DNA of 49,691 bases from Candidatus Micrarchaeota archaeon (GTDB lineage: Archaea; Micrarchaeota; Micrarchaeia; Anstonellales; Bilamarchaeaceae): assembly GCA_016926175.1 (NCBI GenBank), contig JAFGPA010000012.1:1-49691 (forward strand), written 5' to 3'. Of the stretch, positions 17,980-27,856 are shown piece by piece. A program made the translations under genes and the position numbers. Each line of letters starts with the position of its first letter. The first letter of the stretch is position 1. The notes beneath the pieces are model-generated. The model saw only the letters and a program-made list of their open reading frames with translations, made no database searches and was not told the origin of the DNA.

Positions 17980-18732
17980 ATGGAAACAATCCTCTGTTTC
18001 GGCATAGACCCCGATATACAGCGAATGAAAGTAGATGTTGACGGCATTTCACACTATTTTCAGGAACTTACGGACAGGCTTATTGAAGAACACCAGATAG
18101 CAGCAATAAAACCGAATTATGCTTTTTTTGCCCAATATGGGTTTGAAGGGTTGTATAATCTTGAAAACATAATCCAGCATTACAAAGGAAAAATACCGAT
18201 AATCCTTGATGCCAAAAGAGGGGACATTGGAAAGACCGGCAAAGCATATGCAAAGGAAGTTTATGATTTCTGGGGTGCTGATGCAGTTACCATAAGCCCG
18301 TATATGGGAAAGGATTCTGTTGAGCCTTTTTTAAGGGAGGGTAAAACGGTCTACCTTCTCTGCAGAACCTCCAATGAAGGGGCAGGGGACTTCCAGGAAC
18401 TGAAATGCGGAAGGAAATTCCTCTATGAAGAAGTAGCCCTGAAAGCTGTTGAATGGAAATGTGGCCTGGTTGTGGGTGCCACAAGCGATTCCATAAAGAA
18501 AATTGTCAAAATAACAGATAATCAGGTACCCATGCTGATTCCGGGGATCGGAACCCAGGGCGGCGATCTGGAGATGATCATGAAGGCAATAAAGTCCAAT
18601 CCTTCAATCCACAGGATAAATGCATCCTCTTCAATCGCTTATGCGCATGAAAAAGGCGGAATGCCGGCGGCAGATGCTGCCCTGAAAGAAGCGCAGAAAC
18701 TCAACGACACCATAAAAAAATACATGCAGTAG
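17980..18732 (+). CDS. pyrF: Orotidine-5'-phosphate decarboxylase
   Basis: CFGIDP, KPNYAFF, LDAKRGDIGKT, CRTSN, GLVVGAT and LIPGIGTQGG. Confidence 0.95.
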   Translation: METILCFGIDPDIQRMKVDVDGISHYFQELTDRLIEEHQIAAIKPNYAFFAQYGFEGLYNLENIIQHYKGKIPIILDAKRGDIGKTGKAYAKEVYDFWGADAVTISPYMGKDSVEPFLREGKTVYLLCRTSNEGAGDFQELKCGRKFLYEEVALKAVEWKCGLVVGATSDSIKKIVKITDNQVPMLIPGIGTQGGDLEMIMKAIKSNPSIHRINASSSIAYAHEKGGMPAADAALKEAQKLNDTIKKYMQ

Positions 18733-20272
18733 AATATGCAACCGTATGGCTAGCCTGGGAAAAGTCCAGAGAATCAGGGAATCTTCCGATCAAATCCCAG
18801 TTTAGATAAATAACATAAATTACAATTAACAGCAGAATGAAATAGATAATTCTGACAGGTTTTCTGGCCAGATATTTCAGGAAGATTTTTATTGGCTTAA
18901 GTATTATTGCAGAAAAAAGTTTTCCAATAACTTTGAGCATAAAATCCAGGAGTTTCAGCAGGAATCTGAAGATGCCTTCGTAGAAAGCCGGCCCCCGTTT
19001 TTTTGGCTTATTGGTTTTGTTCTCAGTTGTTTTTGATGTTTCATGAGATTGCTTCAGTTCAGGCTTTTCACGGATGATAGCGGTCCGTATTTCCTTTTCG
19101 CTTTTTGGTTTTTTCACTGGTTTTTTCCTTGAGTATTTTTCAATTAATTTAGGGTCGGATGCTTCAAGCAAAGTTGGATCATCAATAACTTCCATGGCAG
19201 TTGCCGGAGCAAACATTGTAACTTCGCCGGGCTCAGTCTGGTTTCCGTTTCCATCAAGTGTTGAAACTATGGCAACTCCGGGAGAGAGGCGCTTGAGCCT
19301 TTCCATAACATCGATATCTGATTTTGGAAATGATGTTGCCAGGGCATTCAGCTTTTTGTTCCCTTTTTGGGTGAAAACCTTTTGCGAGAAGATTATCTTT
19401 GTGGAAAGCTGGCCGAGTATTTCATCTGGAAGATCAGTAACGTCCTGAGTCACAAAGAAAACTGAAACTCCCTTGGACCGGATCTGCTTGAGGATTGTAA
19501 CCATAAGATCGCGCAAGGATTTGTTTGAATCCTTGAAAAGATAGTGCGCCTCATCAAAGAAGATTGCGTATTTTGGCTTTTCAACATCGCCGACTTCCGG
19601 GAGTTTTTCGAAAAGCAGCTGCAGCAGAAAAGCAGGTGCAATGGAAACCAGCATGTTTTTCCTTGAATCAGAAAGATTGAGGACATTCATGCCGCTGAAA
19701 TCATTGAGCTGAAGGCCGGGTTTGCCAAAAAGACTTCCGATGCCGGACTCCTGCATTGCAAGTATCTTTCTTTCAATTACATTGACTGATGACCGGCTCA
19801 TGCCCCTTTCCTTTCTTTCAAGCATTTCATCCAGGACATCAAGGAGATTTTCAAGGCTGTCAAGCGGAAGGCCGTTTTTTCTGGCATAGGCAAATACAAG
19901 GGAAAGATGGCTTTCCTGTGTGGGATTCAATGAAAGCATTCTGGAAAGCAGAACTGAGCCGGCTGCCTGCAGTGAGAATCTCAGTTGAATAAACCTGTCT
20001 GAAATGCTCCAGTAGTTTGTTTCTATTCCATGGGGCCGATAGCCTGCCAGTGCGTTTCTTTTGTTGTCTTTTCCCTCAATGCAGAATCCGGAGGCATCTC
20101 CTTTTACATCTGAAACGAAAACATTTGTGCCGTTGTCGGCCAGCTGTTCTGCAATTACCTGCATGGTTCTTGATTTGCCTGAGCCTGTGCTTCCGGCAAT
20201 AAGCCCGTGCCTTGTAAGATAATTTTCCGGAATGGAGATGACAGATTTTCCGCTTACTCCAAGATCGATCAT
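18701..20272 (-). CDS. HerA-like P-loop ATPase (DUF853/YjgR family) with C-terminal TM segment
   Basis: RHGLIAGSTGSGKS, DVKGD, LPEVGD.EKPK..IFFDEAH, IRSKGV.VFFVTQ and a hydrophobic C-terminus. Confidence 0.88.
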   Translation of the reverse strand: MIDLGVSGKSVISIPENYLTRHGLIAGSTGSGKSRTMQVIAEQLADNGTNVFVSDVKGDASGFCIEGKDNKRNALAGYRPHGIETNYWSISDRFIQLRFSLQAAGSVLLSRMLSLNPTQESHLSLVFAYARKNGLPLDSLENLLDVLDEMLERKERGMSRSSVNVIERKILAMQESGIGSLFGKPGLQLNDFSGMNVLNLSDSRKNMLVSIAPAFLLQLLFEKLPEVGDVEKPKYAIFFDEAHYLFKDSNKSLRDLMVTILKQIRSKGVSVFFVTQDVTDLPDEILGQLSTKIIFSQKVFTQKGNKKLNALATSFPKSDIDVMERLKRLSPGVAIVSTLDGNGNQTEPGEVTMFAPATAMEVIDDPTLLEASDPKLIEKYSRKKPVKKPKSEKEIRTAIIREKPELKQSHETSKTTENKTNKPKKRGPAFYEGIFRFLLKLLDFMLKVIGKLFSAIILKPIKIFLKYLARKPVRIIYFILLLIVIYVIYLNWDLIGRFPDSLDFSQASHTVAYSTACIFLWCR

Positions 20273-20322
20273 GGAAAAACATTGAATTATGAGTTTATAA
20301 TACTTTGAGGAGAGTGATAGTC

Positions 20323-21039
20323 ATGTACGTTCCGCCAAAAAGCTCGCATAAAGGGGAAAACGGCAGGCTGCAGATAATAGCAGGCAGCAGAATGTATCAT
20401 GGAGCTGCAATGCTCACGATCCTGGCAGCAAAAAGATTTGTAGATCTCGTCTATTTTACTCCTGGCGAGAAAGACAGTTATCTGCTTCAGACAGTGAAGG
20501 CAATTCCCGAGGTAATTGTAGCAGACAGGTCGGGTGAGGCAGACGCCATTCTTTTCGGGAATGGCATAGGAAATGCAAAAGTAAAACTGCCAAAAACAAA
20601 TGCAAAACTGGTTATTGACGCTGACGGCCTGAAAAGGATAAGGGGAAAAATCCCGAAAAATGCAATTCTGACCCCGCATGAGGGGGAATTCAAAAGATTG
20701 TTTGGATGCGATGGAACAAAGGAAAATGTCAGGAAAATGGCTGTAAAGCACAAGTGCACTATTCTGAAGAAAGGGGATGCAGACATTATCAGCGATGGAA
20801 AAAGAATTGCAATCAACAGGGTGCACAATCCTGGGATGACCAAGGGAGGAACCGGGGATGTCCTTGCAGGCCTGGTGGCTGCACTGGCATGCAAGAATGA
20901 CTCATTTGAAGCATGTGTTGCTGCAGCAAGGGTCAGCGGCGAGGCGGGCAACATACTTATGAGGTATTACGGATACAATTATTCTGCATCTGATATAGCG
21001 CATATGCTTCCGTTTGCATACAAGAAAGTGATAAAATGA
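20323..21039 (+). CDS. nnrD: NAD(P)H-hydrate dehydratase
   Basis: SHKGENG, VIDADGL, LTPHEGEF and GMTKGGTGDVLAG. Confidence 0.92.
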   Translation: MYVPPKSSHKGENGRLQIIAGSRMYHGAAMLTILAAKRFVDLVYFTPGEKDSYLLQTVKAIPEVIVADRSGEADAILFGNGIGNAKVKLPKTNAKLVIDADGLKRIRGKIPKNAILTPHEGEFKRLFGCDGTKENVRKMAVKHKCTILKKGDADIISDGKRIAINRVHNPGMTKGGTGDVLAGLVAALACKNDSFEACVAAARVSGEAGNILMRYYGYNYSASDIAHMLPFAYKKVIK

Positions 21040-21917
21040 GGATACAGAATCTGGAGCGGATAGACCGGAAATCGCTGGCGCACTGCGGATTCCAGGCAAC
21101 TAATGTTGCACAGGCAGCAGAAATCATCGAAAAAATGGAAAAAGAAAAAGCGGTTGTTTTTCTGGCATTTACTTCAAACATGGTGGCCTCTGGACTGCGG
21201 GGCTTGATAACAAGGCTTTGCAAGGAAAAGAAAGTCGATGCCATAATAACAGCAGGGGGAAGCCTGGATCATGATCTCATAAAAAGTTCGAAGGACTATG
21301 AACTCGGAGAGTTTGTAATGGATGATGCCAAACTGCATCAGAAGGGGATAAACAGAATAGGGAATATCCTGGTTCCTAATGAATGCTATGAATATCTGGA
21401 AAAATTCATGCAGAATGCATTCTCTGAACTCTACAATAATGAAAAGATTGTTTCTCCAAGCGAAATTGCAGTGAAAATAGGGGAAAAAACAAGCGACGAT
21501 TCGTTCCTTTACTGGTGCGGAAAAAATGGCATCCCGGTGTTCTGCCCGGGTATAACCGATTCGGCAATTGGCCTCCAGGCACATTTCTTCAGGCAAAAGA
21601 AAAAAGACTTTTCAATTGATGTTACAAAGGACATGAACCAGCTGTCCCAGATAGCCCTGAATGCAGACAAAACAGGCGGCATCATTCTGGGGGGTGGAAT
21701 CTCAAAACATCATGCAATAGGGGTTAATCTTCTCCGGGGCGGATTCGACTATGCAGTCTATGTAACAACAGCATCACCATGGGACGGATCATTAAGCGGA
21801 GCAAGAACAAATGAGGGGATATCCTGGGGAAAAATAAAGGAAAAGGCAAACCATGTAACAGTTGACTGTGATGCATCAATAGCATTTCCTCTGATTCTGG
21901 AGCTGTGTAAATGGTGA
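21036..21917 (+). CDS. dys: Deoxyhypusine synthase
   Basis: FTSNMVASGLRG, NRIGN, GGGISKHH and DGSLSGAR..E..SWGK. Confidence 0.96.
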   Translation: MRIQNLERIDRKSLAHCGFQATNVAQAAEIIEKMEKEKAVVFLAFTSNMVASGLRGLITRLCKEKKVDAIITAGGSLDHDLIKSSKDYELGEFVMDDAKLHQKGINRIGNILVPNECYEYLEKFMQNAFSELYNNEKIVSPSEIAVKIGEKTSDDSFLYWCGKNGIPVFCPGITDSAIGLQAHFFRQKKKDFSIDVTKDMNQLSQIALNADKTGGIILGGGISKHHAIGVNLLRGGFDYAVYVTTASPWDGSLSGARTNEGISWGKIKEKANHVTVDCDASIAFPLILELCKW

Positions 21918-22402
21918 TGCATTTTGTATTGGCATTCCTTGCAGGAATCATAGTCAAGATAGTTGACTGGCTGGAAGATGACAAAAAAAGCCGCCACAAA
22001 TCAAAATATTTTATGGCGGCCATTTACGGCTGCCTGATAGGATATCTTATTGCAAATGCAAGTTTTGGCATTCTGTTCCTTGCCGCTCTTTTTGCACAGG
22101 TGCTGTCAAGAAAGATTGACAGTTTTGCTCACAGGCTTGGATTTCTTACTGCATTCATAGTAATCCTGTTTTATCAGCTTCCGGACATAAATATTCTGAT
22201 ATTCGGATATTTTGTTGTTCTGGCATTTCTGGATGAGATAGACTATGTGGGGATTCTCAGGCCGTTCAATGAATACAGGCCGTTTCTGAAATTGGGTCCC
22301 ATACCATTTGTCTTTCTTGGAAGGCCCGACTACCTCATAGGAATTCTTGCATTTGACCTTGGATATGAACTTTTCAAAACCCTCCAAAACAATAAAAAGT
22401 GA
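21911..22402 (+). CDS. Hypothetical multi-pass membrane protein
   Basis: About 5 hydrophobic segments with K..D...D and KID..H motifs; lies in an operon between dys and priL. Confidence 0.75.
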   Translation: MVMHFVLAFLAGIIVKIVDWLEDDKKSRHKSKYFMAAIYGCLIGYLIANASFGILFLAALFAQVLSRKIDSFAHRLGFLTAFIVILFYQLPDINILIFGYFVVLAFLDEIDYVGILRPFNEYRPFLKLGPIPFVFLGRPDYLIGILAFDLGYELFKTLQNNKK

Positions 22403-22419
22403 AACACAGACAATAAATC

Positions 22420-23334
22420 ATGGATAATTTTGCCCTCAGGTACCCCTTCACAGATGATGCTAAGCAGGTACTTGAAGGTGCGGAACTGAATTCAAGAATA
22501 ATAGAAATGGGATTCCAGAGAATAAAAAATGCGCTTGAAGGAAAAGCAGCCGGAAAGATAGTTTATAGTGAAAATGAGATCATTGAGGAAATAGCCTCCT
22601 ATGCAGCTGCAAGAATGATACTCGGAACCCTGGGAAATCAGTTCATAACCGGAAGGTTTGCAGTCAATGAATCAAAAATTGCAAGAGCTCACCTCAACAA
22701 AGAAAATCAGGCTGCGGTAAACAGAATTGCATTGCATTTCGGGATCATCACCAATGAAAATCTTCTTGATATTCCAACCTATCTTAAATACTGTCCAAAA
22801 TCAACTCCATACAGACTGATCAACCGCAGAATAGTTAGCGGCAAGGTGGAGATAAGTGAAAATGAAAAGCTGAGACTTATAGAAGAGGGAATAAGAAAGC
22901 ACATGGAGGATATTCCGCGGCCAAATGACCCTCCGGAAGAGATAAAAAAAGCGGGGGAGCGTCTGCTGCTTGAATTGCCAAAGCACCAGACCAGGATAAC
23001 AGTCAAGGAAGGAGATCACCCCCCATGCATAATGAAATTGTTTGAAAGTGTAAAAAAGCACCAGAACCTCCCCCACACCGCAAGATGGTACCTAGCTACA
23101 TATCTTATCGGGATAGGAATGGAGGAGGATGCCATAGTAGAAATCTATTCAGGACTTCCTGACTTCAATGAGAAGATTACAAGGTATCAGATAAGCCATG
23201 CAAAGAAAAAGGGTTACAGGGTTCCCTCGTGCTCCACAATAATGAGCTATGGTCTTTGCTGTGCTGTCTGCAGAATAGGCAACCCACTGAAATGGCATAC
23301 CATAAGCAACATACGAAAGGAGGGAATCAGATGA
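22420..23334 (+). CDS. priL: DNA primase large subunit
   Basis: RYPF, PPCI, NLPH.AR, PDFNEKITRYQI.H and Y.VPSC...C..C (Fe-S ligands). Confidence 0.93.
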   Translation: MDNFALRYPFTDDAKQVLEGAELNSRIIEMGFQRIKNALEGKAAGKIVYSENEIIEEIASYAAARMILGTLGNQFITGRFAVNESKIARAHLNKENQAAVNRIALHFGIITNENLLDIPTYLKYCPKSTPYRLINRRIVSGKVEISENEKLRLIEEGIRKHMEDIPRPNDPPEEIKKAGERLLLELPKHQTRITVKEGDHPPCIMKLFESVKKHQNLPHTARWYLATYLIGIGMEEDAIVEIYSGLPDFNEKITRYQISHAKKKGYRVPSCSTIMSYGLCCAVCRIGNPLKWHTISNIRKEGIR

Positions 23335-24395
23335 ACATCAGGAATATTTTTGCAAAATACTACGAAACCGCAGACATCAGGATTCCTGAGATTGAAAAAA
23401 GGGAATTTGGAATTGGCAACAACAAAAAGATAGATGCCAGGCATCTGAACTTTGCAAATGTTTCTGAATTCAGGAAATACCTTTGCATGAATACTCCGAT
23501 GTTTGTTTCGCATTCCACTGCATACTACAGATTTCCCGGAGCAACGCCCATACAGAAAAAGCACTGGCTCTATGCAGATATTGTATTTGATCTTGATATC
23601 CATGCTGAAGGAAAATACGGTGTTTACCCCCTGCTTGAGAATATGAAAAAGGATGTTGTAAGGCTTGTGGAGGATTTCATTGTAAATGATTTTGGAATTG
23701 AAAGGCAGCATGTCATGATAGTGTTCTCCGGAAACAGGGGCTACCACGTACATGTAAGGGATCCCCGCTATATGAAGATGGGTGGGGAGGAACGAAGAGA
23801 GCTTGTTGATTACATCATGGGGCAGGGATTGAACTATCTTGACTTTTTCCCATCAAGAGAAACTGTACATTCAAAACTTATGGGACCAAGGCCTGATGAA
23901 GGCGGGTACAGGGGAAGATTTGCAAGAAAATTGATTAAAAAGCTTGAAGAAGATCCAACGGCAATCTCAAGAATTTTCAAAAAAGACCAGCCAAGAAAAT
24001 TCTTCATTGACGGAATTAAAGAGGGCAATTACAGCAAGACAACATTGAAGCTGGATGATCTTTTGAATAGATTGTCCTTGATAGCACAGGACCTTTCAGT
24101 CGGTACTGTAAATACTGATGTTGCTGTTACGCAGGATCTCAGCAAACTTATAAGAGTCCCGAACAGCGTGCATGGTGAGACAGGGCTGATTGCAAAGATT
24201 GTTGATGACATCGAAGCATTCAGTCCATTTGAGGATGCAGGAATCAATGGGGAAAACAGAAGGATAAAATTCATTGAGGATGTTCCTGAACTTGAGATTA
24301 CAGAAACAAAAGAATTCAGAAAAGAAGATATGGCGGAACTGCCTTTACATAAAGCATTGTTTTTTGTCTTGAGAAAAAGCGCAGTGTGGGCCTAG
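23331..24395 (+). CDS. priS: DNA primase small (catalytic) subunit
   Basis: REFG, VFDLD, FSGNRGYHV and D..VT.D..KLIRVPNSVHG.TG; ATGA overlap with priL. Confidence 0.95.
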   Translation: MNIRNIFAKYYETADIRIPEIEKREFGIGNNKKIDARHLNFANVSEFRKYLCMNTPMFVSHSTAYYRFPGATPIQKKHWLYADIVFDLDIHAEGKYGVYPLLENMKKDVVRLVEDFIVNDFGIERQHVMIVFSGNRGYHVHVRDPRYMKMGGEERRELVDYIMGQGLNYLDFFPSRETVHSKLMGPRPDEGGYRGRFARKLIKKLEEDPTAISRIFKKDQPRKFFIDGIKEGNYSKTTLKLDDLLNRLSLIAQDLSVGTVNTDVAVTQDLSKLIRVPNSVHGETGLIAKIVDDIEAFSPFEDAGINGENRRIKFIEDVPELEITETKEFRKEDMAELPLHKALFFVLRKSAVWA

Positions 24396-25660
24396 TCCTT
24401 GCAGCAGCGGAAACCAACGGAATAGTCCTTGTAGTCTTTTTCATGGGCTGCAGTGGTATACATGCAGCCGGGTTTATTTTGCGTGGCATCAAGGAAATAG
24501 CCGCCTTTAAACTGGGCTTTGCCTCGTTGCGAGAGAGTGCCTACGAGCTCATTTACAGACCCGACCATATCATACACTTCATATTCACTTGTGCATTCCG
24601 GATAGCTGCCTGTAACCTCCATACCGATATGGATCTGTGCCAGCCTTTCATCCCAGAACAGTCTTTTGGAGTTGTTCCATACATACATCTCATCTTTTCT
24701 TGATGAGCATTTTGGATAAAGGGAAAGATTAACAGGAACGCCGTTCATATAAAGCGTTCCGTCAGGATCAACATTATTGTCAAACTTTGCCCGGCTTCCT
24801 TTTTGGCACCGGGCAAATAAGTGAAGAGGAGGGCTTTTAACGCCGAGTGCCCTCTCGAAAACGGACTGTTTGTTGTAATTGCATTTGCCTGGAATTTCAT
24901 TCCATCCGCCCCATGGATATGCTGCCTTCCTGGCATTTCCAAGACAGGATTTCATCCACTCGTTAATGGTGCAGAGCCTTTTGCCTGCGTTGTAGCATGC
25001 CTGCCTTGCAGTTTCATAGCTCATCTGCACCTGCGGAAAAACTCCCGCCTGCGAAACGGCTTTCAGATTGTGATGCTCCGGGGGCATTTTATAGTAGGGA
25101 TGCCTGGTGCCATCAGGATACTGGAGGTGGCATTCCCATTTGTCAATGCAGAACTGCTTTCCGTCCAGGTCAACCGCCGACATATCTGAAGAGCACCTTC
25201 CGGAAGCTCTGGATTTCTGCAGCGCAATTTTCTTTTCCGGTTCAGGAGCGGCGGCCTTGGGCTTATAATCCCTGCAGTCTTCCCTGCAATAGCCCATGGA
25301 ATATTCTTCGCAGGATTCGTTTTTTGTTATAGTAGAAAACATGTATCTGCCGTCCGGCTTCTTGTCAAGGATGGCAAATGTAACATTTTTGTCAAGTACG
25401 CCGTTTCCGCAGGCAAAATCAACAGGACACTGAACTGCAGTTTTCCAGGGCTGTCTTTTTCCGTCGCCGCAGTAGCCGCATGATTCAGGATCATAATTCC
25501 TGGACAGCGGATCTCTTTCGCCAAGTTCAGGCTGGCAATTGCCATCCCCTCTAAGGGAAATGCATTTTTCCGGAGCTGGTTTGTAGGTTGCAAGAAGGAA
25601 AATAGAAACAGCACAGATGGCGGTTCCCGTAGTAAAATCACTCCAGAAGCGCGTGTTCAT
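24392..25660 (-). CDS. Secreted Cys-rich FGE-sulfatase (SUMF1-like) domain protein
   Basis: N-terminal TM, CGDG/CGNG Cys-rich repeats, FCIDKWE, GKRLCT..EW, YPWG, YDMVG.V.E, KGG and GFRCC. Confidence 0.85.
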   Translation of the reverse strand: MNTRFWSDFTTGTAICAVSIFLLATYKPAPEKCISLRGDGNCQPELGERDPLSRNYDPESCGYCGDGKRQPWKTAVQCPVDFACGNGVLDKNVTFAILDKKPDGRYMFSTITKNESCEEYSMGYCREDCRDYKPKAAAPEPEKKIALQKSRASGRCSSDMSAVDLDGKQFCIDKWECHLQYPDGTRHPYYKMPPEHHNLKAVSQAGVFPQVQMSYETARQACYNAGKRLCTINEWMKSCLGNARKAAYPWGGWNEIPGKCNYNKQSVFERALGVKSPPLHLFARCQKGSRAKFDNNVDPDGTLYMNGVPVNLSLYPKCSSRKDEMYVWNNSKRLFWDERLAQIHIGMEVTGSYPECTSEYEVYDMVGSVNELVGTLSQRGKAQFKGGYFLDATQNKPGCMYTTAAHEKDYKDYSVGFRCCKD

Positions 25661-25697
25661 ATTGGTAATTGTGTTAAAAAAGGTTTAAAAAAGGAGG

Positions 25698-26087
25698 TTA
25701 CTGGGGCTTGCCAAGCTGTATCTTCGGCGGAATCAGCGGTGCAGTAAGGTTAAGAACTCTTGCAAGAAGGGTTCCATTTGCACTTCCGCTGTAGTTCACA
25801 GCACTTAAAACGACAGTGGCATAGTCATCAGGAATTTTTTTGCTCTTTTTCCATGTGCTTACAATTTCCTTTGACAGTTTCTCATCTTCTTTTGCAATAA
25901 GAAGCCCCTTGATCTTGATCTCACCCACATTATCCCTGTATTCGGCCGTGTAGATATAGGTAATCTCAAGATTTTTGTCTTTGTTCAGTTCTACATTCTC
26001 AAGCTGGATGTTGATGTTAAGTCCCTTGATTTGCTGTTGTGGAACCTTGTTTCCGCTGACATCAAGTATTCTTTCTCCTACTATCAT
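25698..26087 (-). CDS. Conserved archaeal hypothetical protein, divergent from cdc6
   Basis: Clean ORF with GGTGA RBS; beta strands followed by helices and an LxAPLIPP C-terminus (SecB-like outline, unverified). Confidence 0.75.
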   Translation of the reverse strand: MIVGERILDVSGNKVPQQQIKGLNINIQLENVELNKDKNLEITYIYTAEYRDNVGEIKIKGLLIAKEDEKLSKEIVSTWKKSKKIPDDYATVVLSAVNYSGSANGTLLARVLNLTAPLIPPKIQLGKPQ

Positions 26088-26178
26088 TTTATCACCAAGA
26101 ATATTGAACTGTATGGGAATATATTAAAAGCTAAGCAAGAGCCATTTGTTTTAAATATTTGCCAGCATCAACATTCTG

Positions 26179-27369
26179 ATGGCTTCTTTTGATCAAATAC
26201 TTTCACAACCTTCTATCTTTCGTAATCTCTCAGCCCTTTCTCCGCATTATGTGCCAAAGGAACTTCCATTCAGGGAAACCCACATACAGGAGATAATGAG
26301 AATAGTCTCTCCGGCCCTGAGAAAACAAAAGCCCAGGAATCTCATAATATATGGAAAAACCGGGACAGGAAAAACCTGCACCGTGAAGAGGGTAATGGAG
26401 GATTTTGTGGAAGCAGGCAAAAAAAGAAATGCAAGCATGCATTATGTAAACTGCAGAATCTACAATTCCAGGTACAGGATATTCCAGAAAGTCATGAAGG
26501 AGTATGTTCCTGAGCTCGACAAAACCGGATTCGGAATGCCATTCCTCTATGAAAAACTTGTTGAAACTGCATCCGGAGGAGAGCAGGTGGTTCTTGTATT
26601 GGATGAAATAGACATGATAAAGGATCTCGATGAACTCGTTTATACGTTAACAAGATCAAATGATGAAATAAAGGCTGGGGGGGTGACAATTGTCGGCATA
26701 TCCAACAAGCTGTCATTCAAGGATTCGCTTGATCCAAGATCAAGAAGTTCTCTTTATGAAACTGAAATGATATTCCAGCCTTACACTGCAGAGCAGCTAA
26801 AGAAAATACTTGAAGCGCGGGTAAAGGAAGGCTTCGAAAATAACGTTGTGGACCCCTCTGCCATCAATCTTTCTGCAGCCATAACATCCCAGGAAAGCGG
26901 GGATGCAAGATTTGCATTGAAACTGCTCAGCAAGGCAGGGGAACATGCAGAATCAGAGAAAAGAAACCTGGTCACTGACAATGATGTTGAAGCTGCAAGG
27001 AAGAAGGTTGAGATTGACCTTACCTTTGAGACAATAAGCACTCTTCCGCAGATGCATCAGATTGTACTTTATGCAATAGGATCCATTACAAAATCCGGAA
27101 GCAGATACTCCAGACTGGAAGGGGTGGAATCAGATTTCCTGTTCTCTGGAGAAGTATATGAGGAATATGAAAAGATCTGCAGAAGGCTTAAAACAAGGCC
27201 AAGAAGCTCCAGATGGTACAAGGAATACCTGAATGATCTTGAGGTTCTGGGCCTCATCACAACAACAATAAGCGGGAAGGGCGTACGCGGTACAACCACT
27301 CTTATAAGAATGGGCCAGGGAAGCGATGTTGTTATGTCAATACTGAATTCGCAACTCTTTGGAGAGTAA
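26179..27369 (+). CDS. cdc6: Cdc6/Orc1 replication initiator
   Basis: YVPKELPFRE, YGKTGTGKT, VLDEID, SGDAR and a C-terminal winged helix with GVRGTT. Confidence 0.96.
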   Translation: MASFDQILSQPSIFRNLSALSPHYVPKELPFRETHIQEIMRIVSPALRKQKPRNLIIYGKTGTGKTCTVKRVMEDFVEAGKKRNASMHYVNCRIYNSRYRIFQKVMKEYVPELDKTGFGMPFLYEKLVETASGGEQVVLVLDEIDMIKDLDELVYTLTRSNDEIKAGGVTIVGISNKLSFKDSLDPRSRSSLYETEMIFQPYTAEQLKKILEARVKEGFENNVVDPSAINLSAAITSQESGDARFALKLLSKAGEHAESEKRNLVTDNDVEAARKKVEIDLTFETISTLPQMHQIVLYAIGSITKSGSRYSRLEGVESDFLFSGEVYEEYEKICRRLKTRPRSSRWYKEYLNDLEVLGLITTTISGKGVRGTTTLIRMGQGSDVVMSILNSQLFGE

Positions 27370-27642
27370 CTATTTTCTGATTCTGAGAAATCCATAAAAC
27401 AAAGAGAACATGACAACGCCCGCAAATGATGCGATTGTAAGGGAATTCAGATCATCAAGCCCAAATGATACTATAAGAATGAACATGCTTACAAGTGCAA
27501 GTTTCAGGAAAAGCGATTTCAGTGAAAGGTCTGCCTGGAACGGATCCACTGGTTTTTCCCTGTGCTTCATGGTTTTTTCCAGAAGCACCGAACTCTTTTT
27601 CGGCTGGATTTCAACCGGAGTGTCCTTGCCTGTGAGGTACAT
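27370..27642 (-). CDS. Small two-TM hypothetical protein
   Basis: Start chosen at ATG 27642 so that it does not overlap tRNA-Ser; two C-terminal hydrophobic helices. Confidence 0.55.
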   Translation of the reverse strand: MYLTGKDTPVEIQPKKSSVLLEKTMKHREKPVDPFQADLSLKSLFLKLALVSMFILIVSFGLDDLNSLTIASFAGVVMFSLFYGFLRIRK

Positions 27643-27719
27643 AATATCATAATGTGCACAAAAATGCTTAAAAATGTTTAACACTGCTCTTTTTGGCATG
27701 TTTTCACTGAAAACAAAAT

Positions 27720-27803
27720 CGCTGAGGGGGAGATTTGAACTCCCGCGTACTTTCGTACACAAGGTTAGCAACCTTGCGCAATACCGGGCTATGCGACCTC
27801 AGC
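27720..27803 (-). tRNA. tRNA-Ser(GCT), no intron
   Basis: Acceptor stem GCTGAGG/CCTCAGC; anticodon arm CAAGG-TT-GCT-AA-CCTTG; long variable arm; G discriminator. Confidence 0.96.
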
Positions 27804-27856
27804 AGAAATTTTCCTTCAATAATTCTCAAGGTAAAATTTCATTAAACTTCCTGAGG

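Noticed and set aside
23229-23330. Longer priS start
   Set aside because: It overlaps the priL Fe-S domain. ATG 23331 has a GGAGG RBS and an ATGA overlap.
24392-24520. Diversity-generating retroelement variable region
   Set aside because: No template repeat or reverse transcriptase was found in this window.
26088-26178. Possible replication origin next to cdc6
   Set aside because: The gap is only 91 bp and holds divergent TATA-like boxes; no ORB-like repeats or G-strings are seen.
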